Part shown: positions 1 through 12,984 of the stretch, piece after piece | Layout: each line of letters starts with the position of its first letter | Position numbering within the stretch: position 1 is the first letter of the stretch | NCBI RefSeq assembly: GCF_964355755.1 | Contig: NC_092672.1 | Coordinates: 21,713,237 to 21,777,236 of the forward strand | Direction: 5' to 3' | Origin: Antedon mediterranea | Lineage: Eukaryota > Animalia > Echinodermata | DNA length: 64,000 bases | Program-made: the position numbers and the translations under genes | Notes under the pieces: generated by a model | The model's database searches: none | The model's input: only the letters and a program-made list of their open reading frames with translations | What the model was told of the DNA's origin: nothing

Positions 1-380
1 ATGAATCAAATTCAAATCTCAAGTATCAATTTATATACTGTTTTACTGAAAAAGGAAGATGGAATCATATATTAATAGAAATGAAAGAATGATTATGCAA
101 ATTATGTTCTCTACAAGGAATTGAAGATGAGTATCATTTCACTTTAGTTTGTCCCTTTTATTCAGATATTAGAACTAAATATATTTTAATTTTATACAAA
201 TAACCCCTCTAAATTAAAATATATTTATCTTGTCTACTACAAATATCTCATTACTAAGCTTGGAAAATATATATATTTTTTTCATTTTAACGTAGAACAG
301 AATTCTTAAACGCACTCTAATGTTATTGATTGAATTGTTACATTGTATATTAATTGGGCCAAAGGCCATATAAATAACTA
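1..380 (+). mobile_element. 3' end remnant of a non-LTR retrotransposon (LINE ORF2 C-terminal CCHC region)
   Basis: Manual translation gives EKGRWNHINRNER / CKLCSLQGIEDEYHFTLVCPFYSDIRTKY with a frameshift between the blocks. This is the typical C-x2-C...EDExHF...CPxY...R tail of LINE ORF2. Confidence 0.7.
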
Positions 381-1629
381 TTTTCTTGGATCATTCCAAG
401 AAAGAAAGTATACATAAATATATTTATAATTTAAAATAGGAAATAAAAATATATATCAAGTGTCTCCATGACCTCAGCCCCACCATGGTTGAGGGTGAGG
501 TAAAAAAAAATGGAAAAATAGAGCTGCTCGATGGGCGGAAATGGCACTTAATTTTAAATAGAAATTACCTCGCCCACATGGTCACTACTGGGGCTGAGAG
601 GTGAAGAACATTTGGAAAAATAGGGTTGCTACGACGATGCAAATGGAACATAATTTGAAATATGGAAAACAAATTCTCCTAGAAGAAATTCTTTTTAAAA
701 TTAGAGCTTCTAATTAGTTACTGGAAATTGCCATTTCAAGGGTTGGGGTAGGGGTGCGGCCACTTATAATTATGAACTGAAACAACAAAGCCCCTTTCAT
801 AATGTTTTCGTTCAATTGTCTCTATATCTGGGGATCCAATAACCTGCATAGTCTCTGAAATAGAGCAACATAATTGGCCAATAGCTAGCCTCTTCGGATT
901 TGTTGTGCTGCCTATATCGCACACACGGTAGTTTTCGAGCAGCCTTCCTATCCGAAGAGTCTATTTAAGTCCGAAACAAAAGGATGGAAGAACTATTGTA
1001 CGGAAAACCCGAACAGATCTGTTTTGTTTTGTTTTATGATATTGTGTAAGGTGATATGTATTAAATTGCAAGATTAAACAAAATATTTTATTTTTGTTCT
1101 GTGGTATATTATTTTTTTGGTTGTTCAAAAAACACAAAATTATGCCAGATTATGCTAAAAACGGCTAAATAATGCCGCGGCATTATGCCAGATGCCATGG
1201 GCCTCTAAATAATGCCAAAAAGCATAATAATGCCAGAAATGGCAACTATGCACTGACACAAAAACAAAGGGAGCCGTTTTTGGCCGTTGGCTTGCAGTTT
1301 TCTGATTGGTTGTTTACGGTCTGCCGGCCTATACGACGCATGCTCCATTATTTTCAAAAAGTTGTGCAGTATTTCTTATTCTTTACTCGATTTTATTTGA
1401 TTTAATTTAAATAATTGTTTGTTGCAATAATATAGAATTACAAATAATAATATTAATTATATTTTGAATGGTTACGGACCATGCTTCTATTCCCGTCACC
1501 TCAACCCAGAACACCCCCCCCCCCCACCTCTCCCCTGGGTCCTCTCCCGTACTCCCACGACGTACACCCAGCCATCCGCTTTCGCTCTTCTCCGAATTCC
1601 TTTGGTTGTTAGGAAAAAAACTAGTTGCA

Positions 1630-2020
1630 AAACCAATTGAAACAACCAGTTGATCGGTTGAAAAACCAATTGGACCAGTTGACTAGTTGAACTCAGTTGA
1701 GCTTTGGGAATACCAGTTGGCCAGTTGGAAAAACCAGTTGACCTGTTGAAAAACCAGTTGACCAGTTTGAAAAACCAGTTGACCAGTTTGAAAAACCAGT
1801 TGACCAGTTGAAAAACCAGTTGACCAGTTTGAAAAACCAGTTGACCAGTTTGAAAAACCAGTTGACCAGTTGAAAAACCAGTTGACCAGTTGAAAAACCA
1901 GTTGACCAGTTGGAAAAACCAGTTAGACCAGTTGAAAAACCAGTTGACCCAGTTGGAAACCAGTTAGACCAGTTGAAGACCAGTTGGACCAGTTGAAATT
2001 TACAACTGTTCTCAACTGGA
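1630..2020. repeat. Minisatellite, ~20-21 bp unit GAAAAACCAGTTGACCAGTT(T)
   Basis: Directly visible tandem array of more than 12 units that degenerates at both ends. Confidence 0.95.
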
Positions 2021-2479
2021 ATTTTTACCTGGGTACTGTAAGAACAAACAGATTCAGTTCTGGTAACCCTGTATAGCCTTCAGTAGAAAAGTAAAATTAT
2101 ACAAAATTATCAAGATGAATATCATAGATGTCCATATTACACATGCTGCGCCTTGCACGCTTTTCTCCCTAAAATCAGCCACTGGTTGTAACATGAAAAT
2201 AGGTATGATGGTTTATGTGAAATAGTACGACACACACTATTATTCAGCTCTATACTAAATTGATTTTAAATATAATATTTCAGATGATTAAGTCCTACAT
2301 TATCATTCATGGTTATATTAACAAATATTTCCTATTTTCTCTCTCTCTTTTGAAAATAGATTACTTTTTTAAGGCAAGTAATTTAGCTCATCAGCTTTTG
2401 TATTTTTGTTATATGAAAGAACGTATTTCACACAAAAGTTTGAAACGGTGGGCCCATAACAAACAATTCAATTGTCCAT

Positions 2480-3220
2480 TTATAAAATGTACCATAACAT
2501 TAACAAACTGACAAAACCTAACCACTTTTAAATAAAGCAGCCTAAAACATGGTAGAACACTGGAGATCTTTTGCTTCCCCCTCCCCCACCAGTTCCTGAG
2601 GCCGATTGTTCAAACTTTGTCACAAACCCCTTTTTCCCTCCCTATTTTTAAAGGCTGGATCCGCCTCTGGGATTTATTAACAATTTTGTTGATATGATCA
2701 TCCCAACATATTAAAGTCTGATGCTATTTTGACACCAAGATCAGTTAGTGTTCTCTGAAAGATACAACCATTCAACTGATAAAAATATGTGATGAGATGT
2801 TTAGAATGTGATATAGAAATAATTTGAAAATTAATTTCCCATGTTACTCCATGGAATAAGAACCTCTGAGGCAAATGACAGTCATCAATGTTAATGATTG
2901 ACTTGTAACATTTTCTCTATTTAAAATATACGTCATAAACCAATCATGCAAATTAATATAGATATTGACACAAACTACTTGTAGTAGTTATCAACATGTT
3001 GGTGCACTACCCACTGCTTCTTGAGGCTGAAATCAAACCCTATCAGCTCAAGCATGTCATGAGTGGTGGTCAGCGCCAAACCCACGCATTTCATAATAAG
3101 GTCGGAAAAATGCATTTCGTAGACAACCCTACGATGTTTTTTCTGAGGTAACAAGGTGTGCAAAATTAATGAGTCAATTTTGACTGACGGAGGACCAAGT
3201 TGTAAATTACTCGGAATCAT
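2480..3220 (-). mobile_element. Heavily decayed LINE reverse-transcriptase remnant
   Basis: Minus-strand fragments YKSIINIDDCHLPQR and YQLNGCIFQRTLTDLGV resemble post-YADD segments of CR1/L2-group RTs. Many stops and frameshifts; boundaries are approximate. Confidence 0.4.
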
Positions 3221-3438
3221 TTATTAATAAATATTATTAATCGTTTAAATGTTTTTTTATCTACTCGACTGATGGCGAATATATAAATAAATTAAAATTT
3301 CCCACGGTAGAGGCATGATGGCACCACACGGTGAACCACAATGAACTAGTAGTAGAGTAAATAGGCTTAGGCAAACTTCTAAAAATAAAACGTCCAGTCG
3401 AACCAGAAACGATGCCGACAACAAAAGATCGTTAACAT

Positions 3439-3734
3439 TGTAGTATCGACGACCCCAGGGGGTGGGCAATAAATGAATGGCCTGAACCTACCAACCGTCT
3501 GCGGGCGCCTGGATCCAGTACAAGTGACGTAGACGTCCGGGCGCCGACATGCGCCAACGGTTGGGGCAGACCAGAAATCGGGGCAGTTAGCCACGGAGTT
3601 TGCCGTGGTAACAAGAATACGGCTAGTTAGCAGTATCAGCAGTGATAGAAACTGAGGATATATCTTGGATTAATATATTACATTGGATTTGCCCCAAGCG
3701 GGAAGAAGTTCCCAGATAGGGGCCGGTGAATACA
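3439..3734 (+). repeat. 5' LTR
   Basis: TG...CA ends and direct repeat of 9207-9524. Differs by a 3-bp GAC duplication near the start and a ~25-bp shorter 3' segment. Confidence 0.93.
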
Positions 3735-3738
3735 ATAT

Positions 3739-3752
3739 TGGCGCTGCGAGCA
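3739..3752 (+). promoter_or_regulatory. Primer-binding site TGGCGCTGCGAGCA (probably tRNA-Ser)
   Basis: TGG-initiated tract 4 nt after the 5' LTR. Its complement TGCTCGCAGCGCCA resembles eukaryotic tRNA-Ser 3' ends (tRNA assignment from memory). Confidence 0.75.
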
Positions 3753-4067
3753 AAAAGGATAATTATTCCTGTATTTTTGATTGTTTTCCTGAGGAATTGG
3801 TGTGTGTGTGATAGAAGACACACTTGTTCCGCATATTATGCAAATTAGTTTCCAAGGAAAAGCATTTGCCGCGTTATTACGGTACGGTGTGTTGCTGTTA
3901 GTATTAATTAATAGGATACAAACATTGGTGTGTCCATGAGGATTTTTATTATAATTGATTGTTAATTAATATTTATTCTGCTTTTGGAAATCGCGAGTCG
4001 ATCTCCAGCGGCGGGTTTCAAACCTTCCAGTTTAGGTATTATAGTTAATAGTAGCATCTGGATTATC

Positions 4068-6246
4068 ATGCCTATAGACGGTAATCGCATTCGGGTGAAT
4101 TTTTGTACACTCGAACAATTATGCGATATTCCGGGGATAGGAGTGGTTCGGGCGGACGAGATTTTGTCCCTTAGGACCAGATTGGGTAATATTTCGTCTG
4201 TAATAGATTTAAGTTCTATTAAGGGTCTGAGTAAGAAGCCAGAATTCTTGAACAGATTTGATTTTGCACCTAACCATATGTTGTCACCCGAGGACTTTAG
4301 TCGAATGTTGGGTTCTGTGTCTTCATTGGTAGATTATCGGAATGATTCCGCAGCCCAGCATTTAGGATCTGAGGGTGGGGCTGGTAGGGGAGGCTCTGGG
4401 GAAAAGGGAGTAGTTTTTGATAGGGCTCACCATGGATTAGGTGATATATCTTCGATGGTCCGGCGGCAGGGGTCGGCATCATCTGGGTCTGCTGGGGTTA
4501 GTAAGGGCGCCTATACAATTAAAAGTGCTCTAAAGCAGGAGGTGAGTCCCGGGAATGGCGATACTCGTTCCCGGTAAACTGAGCAAAACCTTAAGTTTAT
4601 GTCCTTTAGGGAATTCTCTCTTTCTCCAGAGAACCAGGAAGGGGGTTACTCTAGTGGGGAGGAGGCTCACGTAGGTTCCGCAGAAGAGTACGCAGCGACT
4701 CTCCAGTACAAGGCTGGGGAGATATCCGCATGTAGAGGGGGAATGAGTTTAGCGGGAATAAAGGATATGGGACTCCGGTGTCGGAAGGGGATATCCGGCT
4801 CCACGGAGGGATTCTCAAAGGGACGAAGTTGGTACAGGCCGCCAATGGGCAAAGATGAGAGAGGGTAACTCATGGGGGGGGGGGAGATAGATCAGGGAAC
4901 GGGTTCCCTGGGGATGGTACTTGGGACCGTCCTGAATATCGTCCACGGGTTGAAAGACCAGGACCCTCGCACATGCCTACTCGCCAGGAAGCGGATTGGA
5001 CTTCGGACCGATTCGAGAGGTGGGATGGATACCAGGGGTCCGAGTCTCCGTATGGATGGCCATCTGGTCGTCAACGGGAGGGGCCAGGTCGTCAGGACTG
5101 GGACTATTCATGGGTCGTTCCACAACCCTGGGGTAGATACGAAGAGGGGCCAGTATTATACCAGGACCGAAGGGATAGAGGTCCAAGGGCTGGAACTAGG
5201 GGTAGTAGGTCGGGCGGTAGGCCAAGATGGGAACCTTTCCGTTCTAAGGACGTCCCGAGGAGCCTGGTATATAGAGGGAAGGATAACTGGGCTTTCTTTA
5301 AACGTAGATTTAGGGCCTTTTCGGAAGAGCATCATCTTTCGCCCTGGGAGATGAAGGAGGCTTTGTGTTGGTGCGTGGAAGGGGCTGCGGCGGACCTCTA
5401 CACCAATTTAGTAACAATGGATGGGGAAATTTCCTTTTGGGATATGATTCATGCCTTTGACCAACGGTTTACGGAGGATGAACTTCCCGAGGTCCTTCAG
5501 GCCAAATTAGAGACTGCATCCCAACAGGGAACAGAGTCAGTAGGGGAATGGGCCGATCGGGTATTAACCCTAACTAAGAAAGCATTCAAGCCGCTTTCCA
5601 ATGAATGGATACAGAGACATTCAGCTATGAAGTTCTGTATCGGGTGCCGTAACACGGGGTGGGAAAATTGGTACTTTTTGAAAATTGCGCGACTATGTCC
5701 GAGGCGCTTAGAAAGTATGATAAATTTAACAGCCTCCAATCTCTTTATGAAACTAAGTGGGGAAAAGAGATGGCGTCACTACCACCCCAGGCAAGGTCTC
5801 CATTGGTCTCGACTAGGCCGACGACACAATCACATCCGCTTTCCTCCATGCCCGTCCAACTGGAGGAGGACAACGATAGTGAGGTGGAGAGGGATCCCGT
5901 AGTGCGGTTAGTTGAGCGTAGGCCAGGGGTGGAAAATAGGGGATTTTACAGACCACCACCTAGAGGTGGGGCCGAGGCCCAGCCGGGTGGGTTAGGTAAA
6001 AGGGTTATGGCGATAGAGGCAGATTTGGCCCAGGTTAAAGGGTTGTTAAAAAGGGTCTTGGAAATAGTAGAGGGTTGGGATCGTTTGGGTGGGGGCTCAG
6101 GGCTGTCACCTCCTCCCCAATCCACTACTACTAACTGGGACCGCTGTTTTGAATGTAATGAGGTGGGTCATTTCAAAAGGGAATGCCCAAAATTAGCGCG
6201 TCAAGCCAGGCAGGTAGGGGAACAAGAAGATCCTTTAAACGAATAG
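4068..6246 (+). pseudogene. gag: gag, disrupted: N-terminal HhH domain, capsid-like region, CCHC zinc knuckle
   Basis: Fragments in ORFs 3984-4577, 4599-4868, 4973-5902 and 5659-6246. YRGKDNWAFFKRRF capsid-like start; CFECNEVGHFKRECP knuckle. Confidence 0.85.
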
Positions 6247-8815
6247 GGGTCGGGGGTTGGGGCCTGACCACCGACTGCCAGCGTTTTGAAGGCTCGTGCG
6301 TTAAGCGGGAAGAGGTACAGGGGTACCCGGGTGGGGATCCTCTGGAGGTGTCCGTGGACATGGTTAGTCTAAAGGAAAGGGGACCATGCATAGTGGTAAA
6401 TAGGGTAGAGTCGGCGAAGGCATTGCATGCCACAGTGTTTGTAAATGTGGTTCACACGGTAGCTGTAGTAGATACCGCTGCTGATTACACAATTCTCTCA
6501 GACCGGGTATTTGCCAAGCTGGATCCCGCCCCACCAATAATTGCAGAACTTTCCTTTAAATTAGCAGGGAGGGGGACTTCTATGCCGGGGTACCGGGTAG
6601 GCCCAGTCACTTTCGCATTAGGTTCCGAAGAGTACACTGAATATATGTACGTGGCGCTGGGAGGGGATTTTTTGATACCCAATCGAGCTCTTATCGATTG
6701 TGGGAAATTATTACTGTCTGTGGGAACAAGTACACTTTCGCTTCGCAAAGAGGCGGGGGAGGTTAGCCCTATGGTTGCTCGGGTGACGGTCGGCAAGCGC
6801 AGGGTGCTTCCTCCGTTTTCGGCGGGATATATACTGTGCCGGTTGGACGTAACAGGGGAGCATCTCCCCGATTATTTCAATGAACCCGACAATCAGGGGA
6901 AAGTTTTAATTCCATCTACCATTCATCGGGGTGGGACTGTTCCCAAAGTTTGCGTGGCGAATCTTACGGACAGATATGTAACACTGAAACAGGGAGAGGT
7001 TGTGGGGAATGCCACTGAGTGGGAGGGTAATCATGCGCCTTCTCAAGGGGGATCGGTGTCCACCGTAGGGGTTGACAGTGCAGAGAAATCCTCCACGGAA
7101 CAGGGTGGGGTACCACAACACATGGAAGGGATGTTAGCGAATGTAAGGAAAACATTGTCCGGTTCCGAGTTCGATAGGGCGAAACAACTGCTCATTGAGT
7201 TCCAAGATGTCTTTGCGGCTCATCAATTTGATATAGGGACCTTGAAGGGTATTGAGCATACTATCGATACGGGGGATGCGCCGCCAATCCGACAACGACT
7301 CCGACCAACTCCCATGCACTTCGCCGGGGAGGAGGAAAAGGAGATCAATAAAATGTTACAAGCAGGGGTGGTTCAGCCTTCAGTGTCCGAGTGGGCCTCT
7401 CCACCGGTGTTGGTACGCAAACGGGATTGCTCTCAGTGCGGTTCTGTATCGACTACCGGGCTCTAAATAATGTTACAAGAAAGGACGCCTATCCTCTACC
7501 CTTGGTACGGGATTGTCTCGACGCTTTGTCGGGCAACACGTGGTTTACCAAATTGGATGCCATATGGGTGTACTGGCAAATTAATATGGGGGAAAAGGAT
7601 AAGAGAAAAACGGCATTCATTACCAAGTACGGGCTATTTGAATTCGTTAAAATGCCGTTCGGGCTATCAAATTGCCCAGCCACGTTTTCACGGGCTATGG
7701 GTTTAGTATTGAGGGGGCTAGCTTGGGACACCGTTCTTGCCTTTCTGGACGACATTGTAGTCATGGGACGGACTTTTGATGAGTCGACCATTTGGGCAAT
7801 GTCCGACATGTTTTAGAACGTTTCCGTGCAAGCAGCCTTAAGCTCAAGCCGAAAAAATGTATCTTTTTCCAACGGGAGGTGGAATTCCTAGGCCGGGTGG
7901 TTGGTGGGGATGCTTTATCGATTTCGGCTACAGATGTTACTGTAGTCCAGGATTGGCCCGTACCTACCTCGGTAAAGGAGTTGCAACAGTTTCTGGGACT
8001 GGCTAATTACCACCGGGAATCCATTGACCATTTTGCCGATAAGGCTGGGCCGTTGTACGGATTACTGGGTAAAGGGGTGCCATTTGCATGGGGGCCCGAA
8101 CAGCAAGCTGCTTTTGCTGGTTTAAAGTTGGCTCTCATTACACCCCCTGTTCTCACTCTTCCTAATACCAGGGACGAATTCATTTTAGATGTGGATGCGT
8201 CAGACCTGGCGTTGGGGGGAGAACTACAAGGTACAAGGGGAACGGGAAAAGGTAATTGCGTATGCTAGCACCCGTCTTACGACGGAGCAACGCAATTACT
8301 GTACGACCCGCAAAGAATTATTGGCGGTGGTGTATTTGACGCGTCATTTTCGCCACTATCTTTTGGGTAGACCTTTCCGGGTTAGGACAGATCATAGCAG
8401 CCTGGTCTGGTTACTGTCGTTTAAAAACCCCCAAGGGCAATTAGCTAGGTGGATAGAGGAACTCAGCCTCTATAATCTTGTCCTGGAACATCGTAAGGGG
8501 GTACTACATGGGAATGCAGATGCGTTATCCCGTCAGGCCAGACCGGTTGACCACTTTGAGCAGAGGGTTGATCCCGGGGATTTGCCTTGCGGGGGATGCT
8601 CTTATTGCGTCAGGGCACATAGCCTGTGGGTCCGTTTCCGGGAGGACGTGGATGACGTAGTCCCGATTTCACAAATCCGGCAAATAGGACCGGACCCTAA
8701 TGAGGAGGGGTTGGTGGACCCAGGTGGGACTACGATCGAGGTCGTACGGGGGTCTTCGTTCTGTGCCAGCAATTTGGCTCAGAACGGTGTGGTTGGGGAT
8801 ACTCCCGTGGCTTGA
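6183..8815 (+). pseudogene. pol: pol, disrupted: aspartic protease, reverse transcriptase, RNase H
   Basis: AVVDTAAD (protease); WASPPVLVRK, RFCIDYRALN, MPFGL, FLDD (RT); DVDASD, RKELLAVV, TDHSSL, ADALSR (RNase H). Spread over four frameshifted ORFs. Confidence 0.93.
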
Positions 8816-9193
8816 GCAATTTCAAGCTAAGGTCCCGATTTAGTGGCTATCAGGGGATGGCTGGAACCGGGGAAACCGCCAGACGGGGAATTATTTAACT
8901 CCAGTCCGGCGACAAACACCTGTGGCTGAATCGGGATTGGTTACGTATCGGGGAGAACGGGTTCTGTTACATAGGGAGGGTATGTGTCAATATTTCGCTG
9001 CTCGTGCGCTCAATATTGACCGATACAACTTAACAAGTACGTGCGCCGATTGTTTTTAGTTATACTTGCACCAGGCGCACGGCCGGGTGCCATGTTTATT
9101 ATGTCAAAAGGAGCTAGCGAATCATGTGAACCCAGTCTTATGGGCCGGGTAGCAACGCTAGCCGGGTTACCCCCGGTCGACTACCTCCTTTTC

Positions 9194-9206
9194 AAAACCG
9201 GGGGAG
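9194..9206 (+). promoter_or_regulatory. Polypurine tract
   Basis: AAAACCGGGGGAG immediately 5' of the 3' LTR. Confidence 0.75.
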
Positions 9207-9524
9207 TGTAGTATCGACCCCAGGGGGTGGGCAATAAATGAATGGCCTGAACCTACCAACCGTCTGCGGGCGCCTGGATCCAGTACAAGTGACGTAGACG
9301 TCCGGGCGCCGACATGCGCCAACGGTTGGGGCAGACCAGAAATCGGGGCAGTTAGCCACGGAGTTTGCCGTGGTAACAAGAATACGGCTAGTTAGCAGTA
9401 TCAGCAGTGATAGAAACTGAGGATATATCTTGGATTAATATATTACATTGGATTTGCCCCAAGCGGGAAGAAGTTCCCAGATAGGTAAGTCGATCTGGTC
9501 ACTTTTATAAACGGGGTGAATACA
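9207..9524 (+). repeat. 3' LTR
   Basis: Direct repeat of 3439-3734 with TG...CA ends. Confidence 0.93.
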
Positions 9525-9559
9525 ATAACATTCTAAATATAGTTATCGGAACGTCGATC

Positions 9560-9695
9560 GGTGAACCACAATGAACTAGTAGTAGTAAATAGGCTTAGGC
9601 AAACTTCTAAAAATAAAACGTCCAGTCGAACCAGAAACAATGCTGACAACAAAAGATCGTTAACATTCTAAATATAGTTATCGGAACGTCGATCG
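9560..9695 (+). repeat. Second copy of a ~135-bp tandem duplication; the first copy (3330-3438 plus 9532-9559) is split by the Gypsy element
   Basis: GGTGAACCACAATGAACTAG...GATCGTTAACATTCTAAATATAGTTATCGGAACGTCGATCG is present intact here and interrupted upstream. Confidence 0.9.
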
Positions 9696-11496
9696 CGCAC
9701 AGACCTAGAATTTTTTTTTTCATATTATGGCAGGCCTGGAAAACGCGACGAAGATTTTTTTGTGTCTCATGACATCAAACGCGATACTCTCTCTCCAAAT
9801 TAACAGTACCTATACGTAGCACATGTTTTTTTCACTCAAAATTAATTATGGTCGGGGTTAGCTACAGAATACTAGGGCCATTTTCTTTACACAGTGACAT
9901 GTCGTAATAATTGGGCCTAGGACTAGGCCTATGTTAAATCTTAACATGGAATATATTTGTTTATGTTTACGTCGGCGTATTTATAATTTGCTAAGCCAAG
10001 GTAGGAGTAAATAATTTAGCGTAAGCCTAGGCCGCTGAAACTAGACTCCACTCTGATGTCTATTCGGTGCACGATGTCGTCTCGTCCGGCTAAATTAGGC
10101 TAACCACTAACATGTGTCATCTCCTACTAGGCCTAGCCTAGGTAGGATTTTTAGGCGGCGATTTTAATTAAATTAGTGAACAGTACATTGTTAATTTCCA
10201 TTGTCCATGCGTTTTCTAAAAAGGCGATGACAATTTAGGCGCTTAGCACTTTTTTTGTGCACTTCGTGACAAAAGCACCAAACTTGGCAGAAACCTTCTT
10301 TAGGACCTAACTAACAATTCTAGAAGGGTGCCCAAAAATTTGAACAATTTAATGACGTCATAATGTATTATGTAAAAATATCTAAAAAATATAAATTACA
10401 TAAATATGTCAAGTTTGTTATCAAATCATAGCTTATGACATGTAAAATACTTCTAGCATGAGAAAATATAATTTCACAATATAATGACGTTATCAAGCCA
10501 CACCCATTATATATTACATAACTTCGTGGGAAAGTTTAAGAAATCAAATTAATATGGCATGTTTGGTATTAAATTAAAGCTGACATGTACAAAACCACGG
10601 AACTATATAAAATATAATTTGAACAATATAATGATGCCATTACTAAAGCCACACCCATTATATAATATTACATAACTTTCAAAATTTTGAACTACTGTAG
10701 ATCATTATAAAGCTCTGTCTACCACTATCAAACTTTATGTGAGAAATAAATGTGATGTGCACATATATGGTGATGATGATATTTGGGCATAGAGCACACT
10801 TTTTTTGTCAAACTTATGTAGTGATAGTGTCGACATAGCTTAAGATTGAGCAACATGAGAGAAAGATAAACCACAACAGGCATAGAACATGATTTTTAAA
10901 CTGCCCGGTGATATGCTGAAATTTGATTAATTAATTTGAAACAATAATGATGAGGAAACATAAGAATATTTAATTTACAAATAAATTGATTGATATTTAG
11001 TCCTTATGACACTCAAATCTTAAAATATTAAACATTAATCCTCTCAACATTTTAAAAATTCTATAAAAATGATATTTAATATAATGTTGTTTTACTCTTA
11101 CTTTGTTCTATATTTATTATTGTACTGCATGTTTGTGTCTTTAATTGTTGTGTGTTTGAAATTTAGTTTTGAAATAAATGAGAAACCCTTTCAGATTCTG
11201 AAATATTTAAAGTTATTGGTGAACTGTACACAGTAGGCACATTGTAAATAAACTATAGAAATTGATACCAAGAACTATGTTTATCCTCATTCTTTTAGAG
11301 AATCAAGAGGGATTTTGTGAAATAATCATTTAAAATTGATTGTTAATTTTAGAAAAATTATTAAAAAAATATTAACTTTTATTAAATTAAGGATATTTAT
11401 ATGATTATTAATATTAGTCATTTTTTGTATGTTAGATATTAAGGAATATGATGTAAATGTTGTGTAACCTTATTTATTATTTAATATTTTCAATAG

Positions 11497-11595
11497 GATG
11501 GCTGGACAGCATTAATATATGCTGCTGCAGCAGGTAATAGAACCATCTGCCAACTGGTCTTAGATGGTGGAGCTGATGTCAATATGCAGAATAAG
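11497..11595 (+). CDS. Host ankyrin-repeat exon (DGWTALIYAAAAGNRTICQLVLDGGADVNMQNK)
   Basis: 99 bp, AG acceptor and GTAGG donor, phase 0, one ankyrin consensus repeat. Confidence 0.92.
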
Positions 11596-12984
11596 GTAGG
11601 TCATACACACAGTTTATAACATTAATTTAACCTTCAGTGAAACAAATCAATAAATTTAAACTATTGTTTTTAGAATTTAGATGACTACCAGTACTATAAG
11701 ACTTTAGGAAAATCATAGATATTATATAATATCTCTATGGAAAGATTAATTTAGTTGACAATACACTACTGTAGTATCCATGTTATTATACTATTGTAGT
11801 TATATTATAATAATACCAATTCTCGTAACAAACATATTTTAAATATATCTTGTACATTCTTAAAATGAATAGAATAACACAATACTGGTGTGTGTATATA
11901 GGTCAATATAGAAATGATGAATATTATAAGTTATAAACATATGCGTAATAACTTATTTTCTTCTTTTTTACAAATTCTCAAAATATTCTGTTTAAACTTG
12001 CAATCAATTTTTTTTTATTAAGAACTTGTATACTTCAAGTTACTTGTTTACACACTGTTATACCATAACATTAATATGTGTATTCAATAATATACACATT
12101 TATTTTCCATAATTCATTGCCGAATGCTGCTTTAGAAATAAAGTGTGAAATGAATTTTACACCACAGTTTTTAAATATTTTTGCTATTGATTATTAATTC
12201 CCAGGGTGCTAATTTTAGTTGACTACATAAATCATCGTGTCTATTTATTCGTTTCTGTAAATGACAATGTATTGTAGTCCTGCGGTACGTACATTTGAAA
12301 TCGCCAGTTTTGTTACGCTGAAATTACTGTGTATTCGAGAACCATCTGTGGGCACGATTCGCTCGCGTACCATCTAGTAAAGTAAATTAAAATTGCATTT
12401 TCTCGAACTACTTGTCCAAAAAACTTCATTTTTGTACAAGAGTCAAGAGTTATTATTTGTGATTTAAAAACATAATTAGATTTAATATACAGGTTTTTTG
12501 ATGCGAGTAGTTGAAAAGGCTTATTTCTTTTCAAATTCACCCGTGTGTTTTTCGCGTTGCTGTTCTATTGTTAGTCAACTGAAGCTATTGTTAATTGAAA
12601 GGCGGGTTACATAACCTTTACACCAAACTCGCATACACATGCTTGTGGTGAAATTAGCCTAAATCACACACAGCATTTAAGACACACACTTTTCGGTGAC
12701 TAAATCTGATGTAGAAGAATTTTACAGTAGGCGGAGGTATGCACTCTCGGAGTGGCTTCCTAGTTGTTTATGTGCATACTGTAGTAGGCTACATAATAAG
12801 CAGCACTTAGCACGATCAATTGATTGTCTACAAGATTCCAATTGTACAACTCTGTCAATAACCAATGCTAATTACATTCAAGCAGTCAATTTGTTATCAA
12901 GCAATAGATAACAGAATTGTTTCTATGAAGTAAAATGCCCACATAAAATATCCAACACAAGTAACAGATTTAATGTCTAAAGTA

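Larger units (their letters stand above)
3439..9526 (+). mobile_element. Ty3/Gypsy LTR retrotransposon, defective (frameshifted, integrase missing)
   Basis: Two near-identical LTRs (TGTAGT...GAATACA), PBS, PPT and gag-PR-RT-RNaseH order. AACAT flanks both sides (3434-3438 and 9527-9531). Confidence 0.95.

Noticed and set aside
1630-2020. CRISPR-like or iteron array
   Set aside because: Head-to-tail minisatellite with no unique spacers.
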